A DNA stretch of 64,000 bases from a virus: positions 32,001 through 96,000 of IMG/VR virus record IMGVR_UViG_3300045256_000282. The stretch is one strand, 5' to 3'. A model generated the notes under the pieces. The model did no database searches. It was not told the origin of the DNA and saw only the letters and a program-made list of their open reading frames with translations. This document shows, piece after piece, positions 8,686 through 18,352 of this stretch. Within the stretch, counting starts at the first letter, position 1. Every line of letters begins with the position of its first letter. The position numbers were made by a program, and so were the translations under genes.

Positions 8686-10893
8686 ATGGCTAACATTTTA
8701 AACTTGATCACTATAGGCGAAAAGACATACCGGGTTGTAGACGCAGACCCGTCTTCGGCTGGGGGTACTGCCGCTGAGATTGGCTCATTAGCCATCTGGG
8801 ATAACGGAACTGTTGGTCGTGCCTACCTCAAAACAGGCTCTGCTGATACCGCATGGGATCAGGTTAGTACGTCTGGGGCTAACGGGACAGTAAACTCGGG
8901 TACTGCTGGCCGCGTAGGTGTTTATGCTGCTTCCAGCAACGCTATCAGCGACACTTATACTCAAAACTCTCAGGGAATGACGGTTAGTCACGTTTCCCAG
9001 CCTTCTCGTTCTGCTGCGATCGTTTATCAGATCCCAAATCCTGGGAATGCTGTTACTTCTGCGGATTTTGTTCTTACAGAGGGCGCTCAAACTATCAACG
9101 GAGCAAAAACCCTTACCTCTCCTTTAAACATGGGCGGCAATGCGATCAACGCAGTCGCAGATCCATCTTCAGCTCAAGATGCTGCTACTAAAGCGTATGT
9201 TGATGCTGTTGCTCAGGGCTTATCGTGGAAACAAGAAGCTCGAGCTGCAACTACTGCAAACATCACGCTAAGTGGCGCTCAAACGATCGACGGAGTCTCT
9301 GTAATCGCTGGCGATCGAGTTTTGGTTAAGAATCAATCGACTCAATCTCAAAACGGTATATATGTTGCTGCTGCCGGAGCATGGTCTCGTGCGCTTGATA
9401 TGGACACCGCTGTTGAATTCTTGGGCGCTGCGGTATTCGTTGGTGAAGGTACTATCAACGGAGACACTGCGTGGACACAGATCACAGACGCTCCGATCAC
9501 CGTAGGGACGACAGCCATAGTTTGGACACAATTTGCTGGTGCAGGTACTTACACTGCCGGAAACGGTTTAAGCCTTACTGGCACTCAGTTCAGCATCAAC
9601 CTTGCAACGGCTTCTGGTTTACAATTTACTAGCGGTGCTCTTGATCACTTGCTTGATTCGACCCCTTACGCAACCTTAAGCAAATCTGCTTCTGGTCTTC
9701 GTGTGGCTGCTGGTGGTATTCGTGATAACGAAATCGCTGCTGCAGGTACTGCGAACATTGCACGAAACAAGCTTGCTTCGGGTACTGCAAACCACGTAAT
9801 CATTAACGATGCTTCGGGCGTTCTATCGTCAGAAGCTCAACTTGCTCTTTCTCGTGGCGGCACAAACGCTAACTTGACCGCCGTTGCTGGTGGTATTGTA
9901 TATTCTGGAGCCTCTGCTCTTGCAATCTCAGCAGCAGGAACAACTGGACAAGCGCTACTTTCTGGTGGAACAGGCGCTCCAAGCTGGTTTACAGCTACTG
10001 GTGTTGTAAAGGCTACGGCGGGCGTACTCTCTACGAGCAACGTTTCGCTAACCTCAGAAGTCTCTGGCGTTCTTCCTATCGCTAACGGCGGTACTAACAG
10101 TTCCACTGCACTTAACAACAACCGAATCATGGTATCGTCTGGTGGTGCAATAGTAGAAGCCGCTGCGCTCACAAACGGACAACTCCTTATCGGTTCAACT
10201 GGAGCAGCTCCAGTTGCTGCCGCTATCTCAGGAACGGCTAACCAGGTCATAGTTACAAACGGAGCTGGTTCTATAACGTTAAGCTTGCCTCAAAACATCA
10301 ACACAGGTGCCTCTCCTACGTTTGTAGGGTTGACCTTGAGCGGATTAACTGCGGGTTCTGTAACTTTTGCAGGAGTTGGTGGACTAATCTCTCAAAATAA
10401 CACCAACTTCTTTTGGGATAATACGAATACCCGTTTGGGTCTTGGTACAAACACCCCAGGAAGATTGCTTGATGTTAACGGAAGCTCGATCTTCCGTGCA
10501 TCGTGGCGCTTAGCTAGTGCTGCGGCGACAAAAGCAAACTATGAGATGTTTCAGGCTCAGGTATCTACTACAGATGCTACGGTTACAACTCTTGACAGCG
10601 TCACTATTGCTACAGATTCTGCGGCATTGATCGAAGCCAAGATCGTTGGACGTCGTACCGGCGGTACTTCTGGTACCGCTCAAGATGCGGCAGTGTACGT
10701 AAGATCAGCTCGTTTTAGGAACCAAGCTGGAACTCTTACTATCCAAAACTTGCAGTCTGACTATACCTCTGAAGATCAGAATCCGTGGAACGCTACTTTG
10801 GACGTTAACGGAACCTCTGCTCGTATCAGGGTTACGGGTGCTGCAAACAACAACATTGATTGGACTGTAACTTATTCTGTCATTACTCTGTAA
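8686..10893 (+). CDS. Long tail fibre protein
   Basis: 735 aa Gly/Ala/Thr/Ser-rich; DAATKAYVD and AATTANITLSGAQTIDGV...GDRVLVKNQ...NGIY fibre domain; LPIANGGT repeats. Confidence 0.85.
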   Translation: MANILNLITIGEKTYRVVDADPSSAGGTAAEIGSLAIWDNGTVGRAYLKTGSADTAWDQVSTSGANGTVNSGTAGRVGVYAASSNAISDTYTQNSQGMTVSHVSQPSRSAAIVYQIPNPGNAVTSADFVLTEGAQTINGAKTLTSPLNMGGNAINAVADPSSAQDAATKAYVDAVAQGLSWKQEARAATTANITLSGAQTIDGVSVIAGDRVLVKNQSTQSQNGIYVAAAGAWSRALDMDTAVEFLGAAVFVGEGTINGDTAWTQITDAPITVGTTAIVWTQFAGAGTYTAGNGLSLTGTQFSINLATASGLQFTSGALDHLLDSTPYATLSKSASGLRVAAGGIRDNEIAAAGTANIARNKLASGTANHVIINDASGVLSSEAQLALSRGGTNANLTAVAGGIVYSGASALAISAAGTTGQALLSGGTGAPSWFTATGVVKATAGVLSTSNVSLTSEVSGVLPIANGGTNSSTALNNNRIMVSSGGAIVEAAALTNGQLLIGSTGAAPVAAAISGTANQVIVTNGAGSITLSLPQNINTGASPTFVGLTLSGLTAGSVTFAGVGGLISQNNTNFFWDNTNTRLGLGTNTPGRLLDVNGSSIFRASWRLASAAATKANYEMFQAQVSTTDATVTTLDSVTIATDSAALIEAKIVGRRTGGTSGTAQDAAVYVRSARFRNQAGTLTIQNLQSDYTSEDQNPWNATLDVNGTSARIRVTGAANNNIDWTVTYSVITL

Positions 10894-10923
10894 TATCGGA
10901 TAAAAGCTTGATAGTATAACTCG

Positions 10924-10958
10924 GGGGAACTGGGCCAAACCCGTTCCCCTTAGTTTTT
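10924..10958 (+). terminator. Hairpin with U-tract between two fibre genes (weak terminator/attenuator)
   Basis: GGGGAAC(t)GGG-ccaaa-CCCGTTCCCC then TTAGTTTTT. Confidence 0.55.
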
Positions 10959-10970
10959 AATAGGAGTCAA

Positions 10971-12959
10971 ATGGCAAACGTAACTGGTCAACTAACCCTA
11001 AACCAGCTCAGTGTTTTAGAAGTCGACGCAGACCCCTCTGCTGGCGGCGGTACACCCGCACCCATCGGATCTTTTGCCTACTTTAATAACGGAACTATTG
11101 GGGTTTCATACGTCAAGGTGGGTTCTTCTAATACGGCTTGGAATGCTGTATCTTCTCAGTCAGGAACTTTATCTGTTGGATCTGTAACTTTTTCGGACTC
11201 AAACGGATACATGGCTCAAGACAACGCCAACTTCTTTTGGGACAATACTAATAAAAGACTTGGTTTGGGTATCGCTTCTCCAGCCACAAGGCTACACCTT
11301 GACGGTGGAAATGCGACTGCTACTTATCTAAAATTGACCGCTGGAACAACTACCGGACAAACCTCAACCGATGGTTTTGACTTGGGAGTATCTGCTTCTG
11401 GTATCGCAGAACTAAGACAGAGAGAAAACTTAGATCTTCGATTTTTTACAAATAATACGGATCGAATGAGAATTGACGGCTCTGGTCGTGTTATAATTGG
11501 TTCCGGTGCTGTTGCACAAGACATTACTGGCGCTTCTATCTTTCCTACTTTTCAAATATTAGGAACGGTAGCCACTCAAATGGTCGCTGCTCAGTATAGC
11601 GCCGATATCAACCCTCCAGCATTCAACTTGTTAAAATCAAGAGGTGCTACCTTAAACAGTCAGGGCCTGGTCTCAGCAGATGATGAGGTTGGTCGTTTAC
11701 AATTTAGAGCTTCTGACGGCGCTAACTTTCAAGCTGCAGCCTCGATCAGAACACTAGTAGATGGAACCGCCGCTGCAGGTTCTATGCCTGGAAGATTAGT
11801 TTTTCTTACCACCCCTTCGGGCTCTACCTCTCCTTCAGAAAGAATGAGAATAAGTCAAGCTGGTGAGGTTACTATCGGTGGTGTTTTAGGATCAACGCTC
11901 ACAAACAATCTCTTGTCAGTAAACGGTAACGTAAACGACTTCTTTCAAGCAAACATACAGAACTTAAATGCAGGAACGTCAGCTTCAAGCGATTGGATCG
12001 CAACTGCAAACAACGGAACAGACACTGCTAATTACGCGGATTTTGGGATAAACAGTTCTGCCTATAGCGATCCAGCCTTCACTATAGTTGGTGCTTTGGG
12101 GGCTTATCTTTATTCTGCTTCTTCAGAACTTGCTTTGGGTACAGCCTCAGCGAACGCTTTAAAGTTTTTTACTGGAGACACACTAGCAGCTAATGAGAGG
12201 GCTCGGTTTACTCCGGCTGGGTTATTCTTGCTTGGAACCACTACTGATAATGGTATCGATACCTTTCAGCTATCCAGAACTGGATCTGTTAACTTTCCGA
12301 TTCTTGAGTGTTTTGACGACTGTCAGTGGACTACGGCAGGTACTGCAAACAATCCCTACGATGTTATTGCCACAACTGCTGCGGGTGGATCGCTAACTCC
12401 AGAAACGACCCCAACTGCTGCAAACTATCACGGCTTACTTTCTATCGCAACAGGTACCACGAATAACAATACAGGCTCGGCTGCGGCGGACTATTTTGGT
12501 GGAGTTGGTAAGATACGACTTGGTGGTCAGCGAATTTTCATAGAAAAAAGAGTCAGAATTCCTACACTATCTACGGGTACGGTTAACTTTTTAGTCATAT
12601 GTGGTTTAACGGATCAGGCAACAGCAGGAGCGCCTACAAACGGTGTCTATTTTTCTTATAATCACGCGGTCAGCAGTGGCGCGTGGCTTGGTGTTACTAA
12701 CTCTGCTGGTACCATCACCTCTGTAACGGGTCCTACCGTAGTTGCTGGTAACTGGTACACCTTAAGAGCAGAGATAACAGCGGCTAGGGATAGCGTTTCT
12801 TTTTACGTGAACGGTGTACTTATCGGTTCAAATACGGCAAACATACCAGCAAGCACGATCAATTTGAGACCTGTTTCTAAGATCAACAAACAAACAACAA
12901 ACACAAACAATTCTAGCATTCTTCAGCTAGATTATACTTATTGGAAGATGTTCAGGTAA
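10971..12959 (+). CDS. Tail fibre / receptor-binding protein with C-terminal lectin-like domain
   Basis: 662 aa; ERMRI repeats, RLGLG..P, MPGRLVF.TT; C-terminal W.TLR.EI...V.FYVNG lectin-like pattern. Confidence 0.8.
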   Translation: MANVTGQLTLNQLSVLEVDADPSAGGGTPAPIGSFAYFNNGTIGVSYVKVGSSNTAWNAVSSQSGTLSVGSVTFSDSNGYMAQDNANFFWDNTNKRLGLGIASPATRLHLDGGNATATYLKLTAGTTTGQTSTDGFDLGVSASGIAELRQRENLDLRFFTNNTDRMRIDGSGRVIIGSGAVAQDITGASIFPTFQILGTVATQMVAAQYSADINPPAFNLLKSRGATLNSQGLVSADDEVGRLQFRASDGANFQAAASIRTLVDGTAAAGSMPGRLVFLTTPSGSTSPSERMRISQAGEVTIGGVLGSTLTNNLLSVNGNVNDFFQANIQNLNAGTSASSDWIATANNGTDTANYADFGINSSAYSDPAFTIVGALGAYLYSASSELALGTASANALKFFTGDTLAANERARFTPAGLFLLGTTTDNGIDTFQLSRTGSVNFPILECFDDCQWTTAGTANNPYDVIATTAAGGSLTPETTPTAANYHGLLSIATGTTNNNTGSAAADYFGGVGKIRLGGQRIFIEKRVRIPTLSTGTVNFLVICGLTDQATAGAPTNGVYFSYNHAVSSGAWLGVTNSAGTITSVTGPTVVAGNWYTLRAEITAARDSVSFYVNGVLIGSNTANIPASTINLRPVSKINKQTTNTNNSSILQLDYTYWKMFR

Positions 12960-12968
12960 GGAGATATC

Positions 12969-13679
12969 ATGAACTTAGCTGTAAAACTATACTCAAACGC
13001 GCCATCAAATCCGTTAAATATTCCCGGAGCTTGGCCTTACGAAGTTATAGAGCTTGGAGAGTCCACAACGCTTCCTGATAATACCTATCAATTAATGACA
13101 TCCCAAGAGCTTGTGGAGTACAGAAGTAATCATCAAGCGGAGTATGATGCGTGGTACGTTCCCTACGTAGCCTCTTTGCCAGTAAGCACACCTCAACCGG
13201 CGGCAGTTATTGTTACTTCTCAACCAGATCCCGTTCCCTTTGCTCAGCCAACCTATAGGACTAAAAGGGATGCTCTTCCGAATCTAGTGTCTTGTGCAAA
13301 AGGCGAAACTGCAGACATTGATTTTGTTTTAACCTCCGAAAGATATGTCTCAGGCGGAGAGATCATAGTTGAGAATGCAGAGATAGGCGACTATATCGTA
13401 GCTAGCGTTCAAGACCCAAACGGTTTGATTCCAGCACCTTACAGATCGGTGGTTTGCGAAAATTGGCCGATGGTTGCAGAGTACATCTCTAAGTGTTTCA
13501 TGCCAATTTCTGTCCCTGGAACTATTCAGGCTGGTTCTATCAGTACTTACAGCATCGACACTTACCCTTTAAACGCAAAAATATCTCAGGGATTATCGCT
13601 TCGTATATCTTACCATGCTGTAAACTCTGGGCTAACTCGCAGAGTTGCAGTTAATTATCATCTAACTAAGAAGATGTAG
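12969..13679 (+). CDS. Fibre-associated structural protein
   Basis: 236 aa, strong RBS, follows fibre gene. Confidence 0.6.
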   Translation: MNLAVKLYSNAPSNPLNIPGAWPYEVIELGESTTLPDNTYQLMTSQELVEYRSNHQAEYDAWYVPYVASLPVSTPQPAAVIVTSQPDPVPFAQPTYRTKRDALPNLVSCAKGETADIDFVLTSERYVSGGEIIVENAEIGDYIVASVQDPNGLIPAPYRSVVCENWPMVAEYISKCFMPISVPGTIQAGSISTYSIDTYPLNAKISQGLSLRISYHAVNSGLTRRVAVNYHLTKKM

Positions 13680-13688
13680 GAATCTAAG

Positions 13689-14189
13689 ATGAAACTTGTA
13701 GTCGGTTTTTCAAGACCAAGATCAGGTTTCGTTCCTTTCGCAAAGGCCATAATGTGGTTTGAGGGTACAGACTATTCTCACGTCTACTTAAAGTTTAAAT
13801 CCGACTCCCTAAACAGAACCATCATATATCAAGCAAGTTCGACCATGGTTAACTTTATGGGTTCAAACGTTTTTGATGGACACGCTCAAATCGTTGCAGA
13901 ATATGAAATTGAGATTCCCGAAGATAGTAGGGTTGCACTGATGCAGATGCTGATCGATAGAGCGGGCATGCCTTACGGCATCAAAGAAGTGATAGGTATA
14001 TTTTTCTACAAAACCTTAGGGTGGAAAATTTTTCAAGACGGAGAAAAAAGCTTTGTATGCTCTGAGCTTGTGGCTAGGATACTTTATGGTCTGGCCATCC
14101 CTGGCAACTTCAGCCATCTAGACTTTGTAACCCCAAAAGATATCCGATCTTTTGTAGATTCTGACGTTCGTTTCTTGAAAATAGCTTAA
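13689..14189 (+). CDS. Permuted papain-like amidase (YiiX/YebB NlpC/P60 family)
   Basis: YSHV (His) N-terminal, G.PY, FVCSELVA (Cys) C-terminal, TP motif. Confidence 0.75.
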   Translation: MKLVVGFSRPRSGFVPFAKAIMWFEGTDYSHVYLKFKSDSLNRTIIYQASSTMVNFMGSNVFDGHAQIVAEYEIEIPEDSRVALMQMLIDRAGMPYGIKEVIGIFFYKTLGWKIFQDGEKSFVCSELVARILYGLAIPGNFSHLDFVTPKDIRSFVDSDVRFLKIA

Positions 14190-14566
14190 CTTTCAACTAC
14201 AAGATCATCCAACAGCAGAAGCTGCTCGGTGGTCATCGTAAGTTTTTCTCCTAGGTCTGCCACAGTAAGTCTTGGAAGATCGATGTCGCTTTGAAGAAGA
14301 TCTTGAAGCTCCTTAATAAAGTTATCCATTCCTTCCTTAGAAAGCTTAACGTTACCTTGATCATCTTGGACAACGTTTCCGGCCTGGTCTTTTTCTCCAA
14401 AACGGCTTAGAGCGTCCTTACGACACTCTTCGTACTTCATATACTCTTCGTCAACTCGCTTTAAGATTCCTTTCAACTTAAATCCGGTCTTGAGGGGAAT
14501 ATCTTGCTTTGCAAGGATTGTTAGTGCTTTTCTAAAATCTTGATTAACTACTAGCATTAGTTTCAT
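14186..14566 (-). CDS. Phage protein (DUF1617-like)
   Basis: 126 aa; L..L...P.K..FKL..I...V..E...YE..R pattern. Confidence 0.5.
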   Translation of the reverse strand: MKLMLVVNQDFRKALTILAKQDIPLKTGFKLKGILKRVDEEYMKYEECRKDALSRFGEKDQAGNVVQDDQGNVKLSKEGMDNFIKELQDLLQSDIDLPRLTVADLGEKLTMTTEQLLLLDDLVVES

Positions 14567-14576
14567 TTGTATCTCC

Positions 14577-14975
14577 TTATTTTTGAACGAGTTGTCCTGC
14601 AGCCCAAACCGACAATACTGTCACAGCTACGCCCAATCCAAAGTGTACCCAATCACTCTTGCTGGATGCTGCCTCATAAGCCTGAAGCTTGTCGTTCATC
14701 TTAAAGCTGGTATCCATCCAAAGATCTGCTCGCTCTTTTTGCTTTACCAGGGCAAGATCCTTAAGTTCAATGGTCTTTTCAAGCTCTACAACCTGCTGTT
14801 CAACTAAGGCAAGTCTTTTCACTCTCTTACCGACCTCTACGTGACAATCTCGAGTATAGCTGTACGTGCCGTCTGGCATAGCCTTAATATCGTTTGCAAA
14901 ATCGCAAGCAGCAAAGCTTTGCGCTGGGAGGGACAAGATCATGGTAAATGCTATAAAACTACTTAACTTCTTCAC
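14577..14975 (-). CDS. Exported coiled-coil protein with C-terminal membrane anchor; spanin-like
   Basis: Signal peptide, coiled coil, hydrophobic FGLGVAVTVLSVWAAG tail. Confidence 0.5.
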   Translation of the reverse strand: MKKLSSFIAFTMILSLPAQSFAACDFANDIKAMPDGTYSYTRDCHVEVGKRVKRLALVEQQVVELEKTIELKDLALVKQKERADLWMDTSFKMNDKLQAYEAASSKSDWVHFGLGVAVTVLSVWAAGQLVQK

Positions 14976-15288
14976 AGTTCACCTTGATATAACCTTTCAA
15001 TCTTAAACCTTCGTAGCTAGCCTCAACTGGTACGGTAAACAAGTTATAAACGTTCACCTCGACCACAGCAAAGCCTTCTTTGAAGTTGTTTGATAGGACC
15101 TTACCCATAACAAGCTCTGTTGGGGTTCCTTCGTTACCCTGATTAAGGTCCATTATGATGCAAGCCCCTACTGGCTCCAACGGAACATGCCTAACGTACT
15201 TCGTGTAACCCATAAAAGAGATGGCTAAGAACGCTAGTCCTGACAATACTAGCACCAAAGCCTTTCTAAGTTTTTTGAGTAGGTTCAT
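14959..15288 (-). CDS. Membrane-anchored hypothetical protein
   Basis: N-terminal transmembrane helix; coupled to neighbours. Confidence 0.55.
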   Translation of the reverse strand: MNLLKKLRKALVLVLSGLAFLAISFMGYTKYVRHVPLEPVGACIIMDLNQGNEGTPTELVMGKVLSNNFKEGFAVVEVNVYNLFTVPVEASYEGLRLKGYIKVNCEEVK

Positions 15289-15581
15289 AACTTCTTGTTC
15301 CAATCCGCATCATCGTCTGACTTAACGGCTTCAGCTTTCTTGCCAAGATCGTCGGCTTTTGCTTTATGCTCCTCAGCTTCCTGGTTTGCCTTGTCTGCCT
15401 CTTTTGAGATATCGGCGTCCTTCTTAACGGTATTATCTAAAAGCTTCTTAGCCGTAGCGACCAGGTAGGCTCTGTAGCCTTTCAGGAAGATCGATGCCAA
15501 TAATAGGATGATAATTGGTGCAGCAACCAAGATCACCTTAAGCTTATTTTCTTTCCATGCATTACTTACTTGATCCAGCAT
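15285..15581 (-). CDS. i-spanin-like protein
   Basis: N-terminal TM helix then K/D/A/E coiled coil; GGAGG RBS before ATG 15581. Confidence 0.5.
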   Translation of the reverse strand: MLDQVSNAWKENKLKVILVAAPIIILLLASIFLKGYRAYLVATAKKLLDNTVKKDADISKEADKANQEAEEHKAKADDLGKKAEAVKSDDDADWNKKL

Positions 15582-15915
15582 CTTCGCCTCCTCCATCTTG
15601 CGCTTTTTGCGCCTGAACAGTGCTTGTGATGCTTTGAACATCGGCACCCAAGGTAACCTGTTTACCATTCTTTTGATACTGTCTTCCGAGATAGGTGCTC
15701 AAAGTTAACCCCAACAACCAGAGTGCATTATCATAATCAACATTTCCGATCACCTTGGTCAGTCTTCCTGCCAACAGTATAACGCAGATACCAAATGATA
15801 CCACAGCCATGGTAAAAGTCAAGCTACCAGCACCAGTCTTTGGATCTCTTGCTAAAGGGATGGGAATCCCCTTACTGTTCATGTCGGATATAAACTTCTC
15901 TAGTTTGTCAAGCAT
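15562..15915 (-). CDS. Holin-like membrane protein
   Basis: Two TM helices, D.K.G..S.T motif, charged C-terminal tail; heads the cassette. Confidence 0.5.
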   Translation of the reverse strand: MLDKLEKFISDMNSKGIPIPLARDPKTGAGSLTFTMAVVSFGICVILLAGRLTKVIGNVDYDNALWLLGLTLSTYLGRQYQKNGKQVTLGADVQSITSTVQAQKAQDGGGEDAGSSK

Positions 15916-16036
15916 TAGATACACCTCTACCTTCATTTAATATAGTATTCTCTGTAAAGAGAAATACTCACAAGAATATTCATATCATGAGTTTTAGACA
16001 CTTTTCAGACTTTCAGAAAAAATATTTTTATTAAGA

Positions 16037-16065
16037 TTGACTGCTAAGATCAGTTATGAGATCCT
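16037..16065 (+). promoter_or_regulatory. Sigma70-type early promoter
   Basis: TTGACT-17-GATCCT with TG extension; AGGAG RBS follows. Confidence 0.65.
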
Positions 16066-16082
16066 GTTTACAGGAGAAACTT

Positions 16083-16349
16083 ATGTTTGAAAAGATTCAT
16101 CAGACTTCTTACGATTTAATCAGGCACATGGGCGGAAACTTTAGCCTCATTGGAGCAGATGGCACACTTTTTTCCCACGGCTCATTAAACGTGGTGGTAA
16201 AGTACATGGTGGCAAATCTTGATTTTGACATAGATCAGATCGAGTATGCTGTAGAGCAGCTTGAGGACAATGATCACCTTAGAGCACATTTTGGTTGTTA
16301 TCGTAAGTTTATCTTTACAGATACGCCCATGATGCAAGGTGTTGCTTGA
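16083..16349 (+). CDS. Hypothetical protein
   Basis: Promoter plus RBS; 88 aa. Confidence 0.65.
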   Translation: MFEKIHQTSYDLIRHMGGNFSLIGADGTLFSHGSLNVVVKYMVANLDFDIDQIEYAVEQLEDNDHLRAHFGCYRKFIFTDTPMMQGVA

Positions 16350-16723
16350 AGATCTTGTTCTTAGGCCAGTCTCCAGCCAAGAACTACATAGGTTTGGCGT
16401 TTTTGGGCACTAAGTCTGGTAGAACTCTTTTTTCTTGGATAAGAGATTCTGGCACGAAACTTGATCAGTGTGGTTTTGCAAACGCTTCAGAGTACACTTC
16501 AAAAGAACTTCGCGAACTAATAAGAAGCTTTGACGGAATAGTTTTGTGCGGCAAGTTTGCAGCAAAAGCTTTTAATAATGCTAACTTAACTGTTCCTTGT
16601 GTAACCATAGAGCATCCTAGCGGGCTCAACAGAAACCTTAACGATCCGTTAAAGGTTAAGAACTGCATATCTTTGATCTCATCTTTACGAGAATCTTTAA
16701 ACCTAAGAGGACAAGCTTCATGA
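16346..16723 (+). CDS. Uracil-DNA glycosylase superfamily protein (minimal)
   Basis: ILFLGQSP, F.G.KSG..L, IVLCGK.A, HPSGLNR motifs. Confidence 0.75.
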   Translation: MKILFLGQSPAKNYIGLAFLGTKSGRTLFSWIRDSGTKLDQCGFANASEYTSKELRELIRSFDGIVLCGKFAAKAFNNANLTVPCVTIEHPSGLNRNLNDPLKVKNCISLISSLRESLNLRGQAS

Positions 16724-16971
16724 CGCTAGATTGCAACAAGTACAGGATACCCTTAGACGCAACGTTACGTTTGATCAAAGGTAGGCTAGAAAAGGGTGAG
16801 TCTCCAAGGGATGTCGCATCCTCTCTATGCATGATGACTTCCATACCTATTGCTGTTTGCCAGATGTACGTTTTAAGACCTGAGGTACACGGCCCGGATG
16901 CTGAGTTAGAAGCAAACCTAAAATCAGTAATGGATTTCTACGGTTACGACGATATCGTACCTTTTATTTGA
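16720..16971 (+). CDS. Hypothetical protein
   Basis: 83 aa, ATGA-coupled. Confidence 0.55.
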   Translation: MTLDCNKYRIPLDATLRLIKGRLEKGESPRDVASSLCMMTSIPIAVCQMYVLRPEVHGPDAELEANLKSVMDFYGYDDIVPFI

Positions 16972-16996
16972 CATCCTAACAAAAACTTGATATGCT
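16968..16996 (+). promoter_or_regulatory. Sigma70-type promoter
   Basis: TTGACA-17-TATGCT with TG extension. Confidence 0.7.
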
Positions 16997-17018
16997 GTAC
17001 TAGAAAGGTCGGTGTTTC

Positions 17019-17432
17019 ATGGCTAAAGAAGCTATCATAGCCCTTATCATAGCTTATTCAAAGATCTTCGGAGTTGATCCGCAGGTTGCGATAAGCGTTG
17101 CCGAGGTAGAGTCGAAGTTTAACGTAAGCGCGGTCGGAGGACTGGGCGAGGTTGGACTTTTTCAGATCAGACCAGAATTCTATCCTATGTTTACCAGGAA
17201 GCAACTAGCTATTCCAGAAACTAACATCATGCTGGGTGTTCAGAAGATCGCCCTATATCAGAAGACATGTTTTCACAAGAACGACATCAACTTCCTGATA
17301 TGCTATAACTACGGTCCTGCGAACGCTAAGAAGGTTAAGTACCCACATCTTTTTCCTTACATCAAGAAGGTGAAGGCTCAGATGATCAACTGGAAGCATT
17401 TTTCTGAACTTGCTCACGTAACACAAAAGTAG
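17019..17432 (+). CDS. Lytic transglycosylase (SLT domain)
   Basis: VES.F (catalytic Glu), GLFQI, NI..G, YNYG motifs. Confidence 0.85.
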   Translation: MAKEAIIALIIAYSKIFGVDPQVAISVAEVESKFNVSAVGGLGEVGLFQIRPEFYPMFTRKQLAIPETNIMLGVQKIALYQKTCFHKNDINFLICYNYGPANAKKVKYPHLFPYIKKVKAQMINWKHFSELAHVTQK

Positions 17433-17437
17433 AGGCT

Positions 17438-17680
17438 GTGATGCAGATCAACTGTCAATTTAGACCCCCTTTCTCTTCAATCTGCGATAAACCTGCAGAA
17501 GTGGTCTCCCGAGGGGCTGGAGAAAACGGAAGCGATCTTTATGTCTGCCGAAGACATGACATGTTCTGTTACAAGTGCGGTCGTCAAGCTACGGAGCAGT
17601 GTGAAAGAGTGGTAGATTTTAAATGCTGCGGGGCTCCCGAGTGCTCAAGTCACAGTCATAACGGAGAGCATGAGGAGTGA
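17438..17680 (+). CDS. Cys-rich (Zn-binding) hypothetical protein
   Basis: 9 Cys and several His in 80 aa. Confidence 0.55.
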   Translation: MMQINCQFRPPFSSICDKPAEVVSRGAGENGSDLYVCRRHDMFCYKCGRQATEQCERVVDFKCCGAPECSSHSHNGEHEE

Positions 17681-18210
17681 AGAAGCTTCACCTGACTATA
17701 ATGGTAGGATTTCCGGGCTCAGGCAAGTCAACCTGGGTGGAAAACCATATGCCTACAATATACAGAGCTTCTCAAGATGAGCTGGGCTCCAAGGGAAAGT
17801 TCTTTGAGATGGTAGAGAAGAAGCTTAAGGAAGGCAATAGTGTTGTTGCCGACAGATGCAATCACACCAAAAAACATAGGGCTGCCCTAGTACAAATCGC
17901 TAAGAAATATGATGCAACCGTTCACCTGGTATGGATAGCCACACCCGATAAGGAAGCGTGGAACAGGTTAAGAGATCGAAAAGAACATCCCACCATAGAT
18001 TACGAAAGATCGGAGTCTGATAAGGCTAAGATCTACTATAGGTTTAACGCCGAGTTTGAGTACCCAGAGATGATCGAAGAGGATTTTGATACGTTTGAGG
18101 TTATCGGTCCAGTCAACAGATGCCCCGAATGCTCAAGGTTTGTAATACAAGGTCCAGGTCGAAGCTTATGCGCCACATGCCATAATGAAAGAAGGACTGG
18201 AAATGCCTAA
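17677..18210 (+). CDS. Polynucleotide kinase-like P-loop protein (AAA_33) with C-terminal Zn ribbon
   Basis: GFPGSGKST, SQD, VVADRCN...R, R...R..HPT. Confidence 0.8.
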   Translation: MKKLHLTIMVGFPGSGKSTWVENHMPTIYRASQDELGSKGKFFEMVEKKLKEGNSVVADRCNHTKKHRAALVQIAKKYDATVHLVWIATPDKEAWNRLRDRKEHPTIDYERSESDKAKIYYRFNAEFEYPEMIEEDFDTFEVIGPVNRCPECSRFVIQGPGRSLCATCHNERRTGNA

Positions 18211-18352
18211 GAATAAATGTGATAGTTGTAACAAGAAAGAGGCCACTATTGACTGTGGCGAGATGGTCATGTGTAAAGACTGCTTTGATGGGAACGGAGT
18301 ATCTCCTTCAGAGGCGGATCTTGAAAATTATGAAAAGGGCGGAACATGCTGA
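18203..18352 (+). CDS. Small CxxC-CxxC protein (not in ORF track)
   Basis: MPKNKCDSCNKKEATIDCGEMVMCKDCF...; overlaps both neighbours. Confidence 0.55.
   Translation: MPKNKCDSCNKKEATIDCGEMVMCKDCFDGNGVSPSEADLENYEKGGTC

Noticed and set aside
4268-10250. Antisense ORFs within sheath and fibre genes (e.g. 4268-4747, 9837-10250)
   Set aside because: Shadow frames of codon-biased genes; no RBS or motifs
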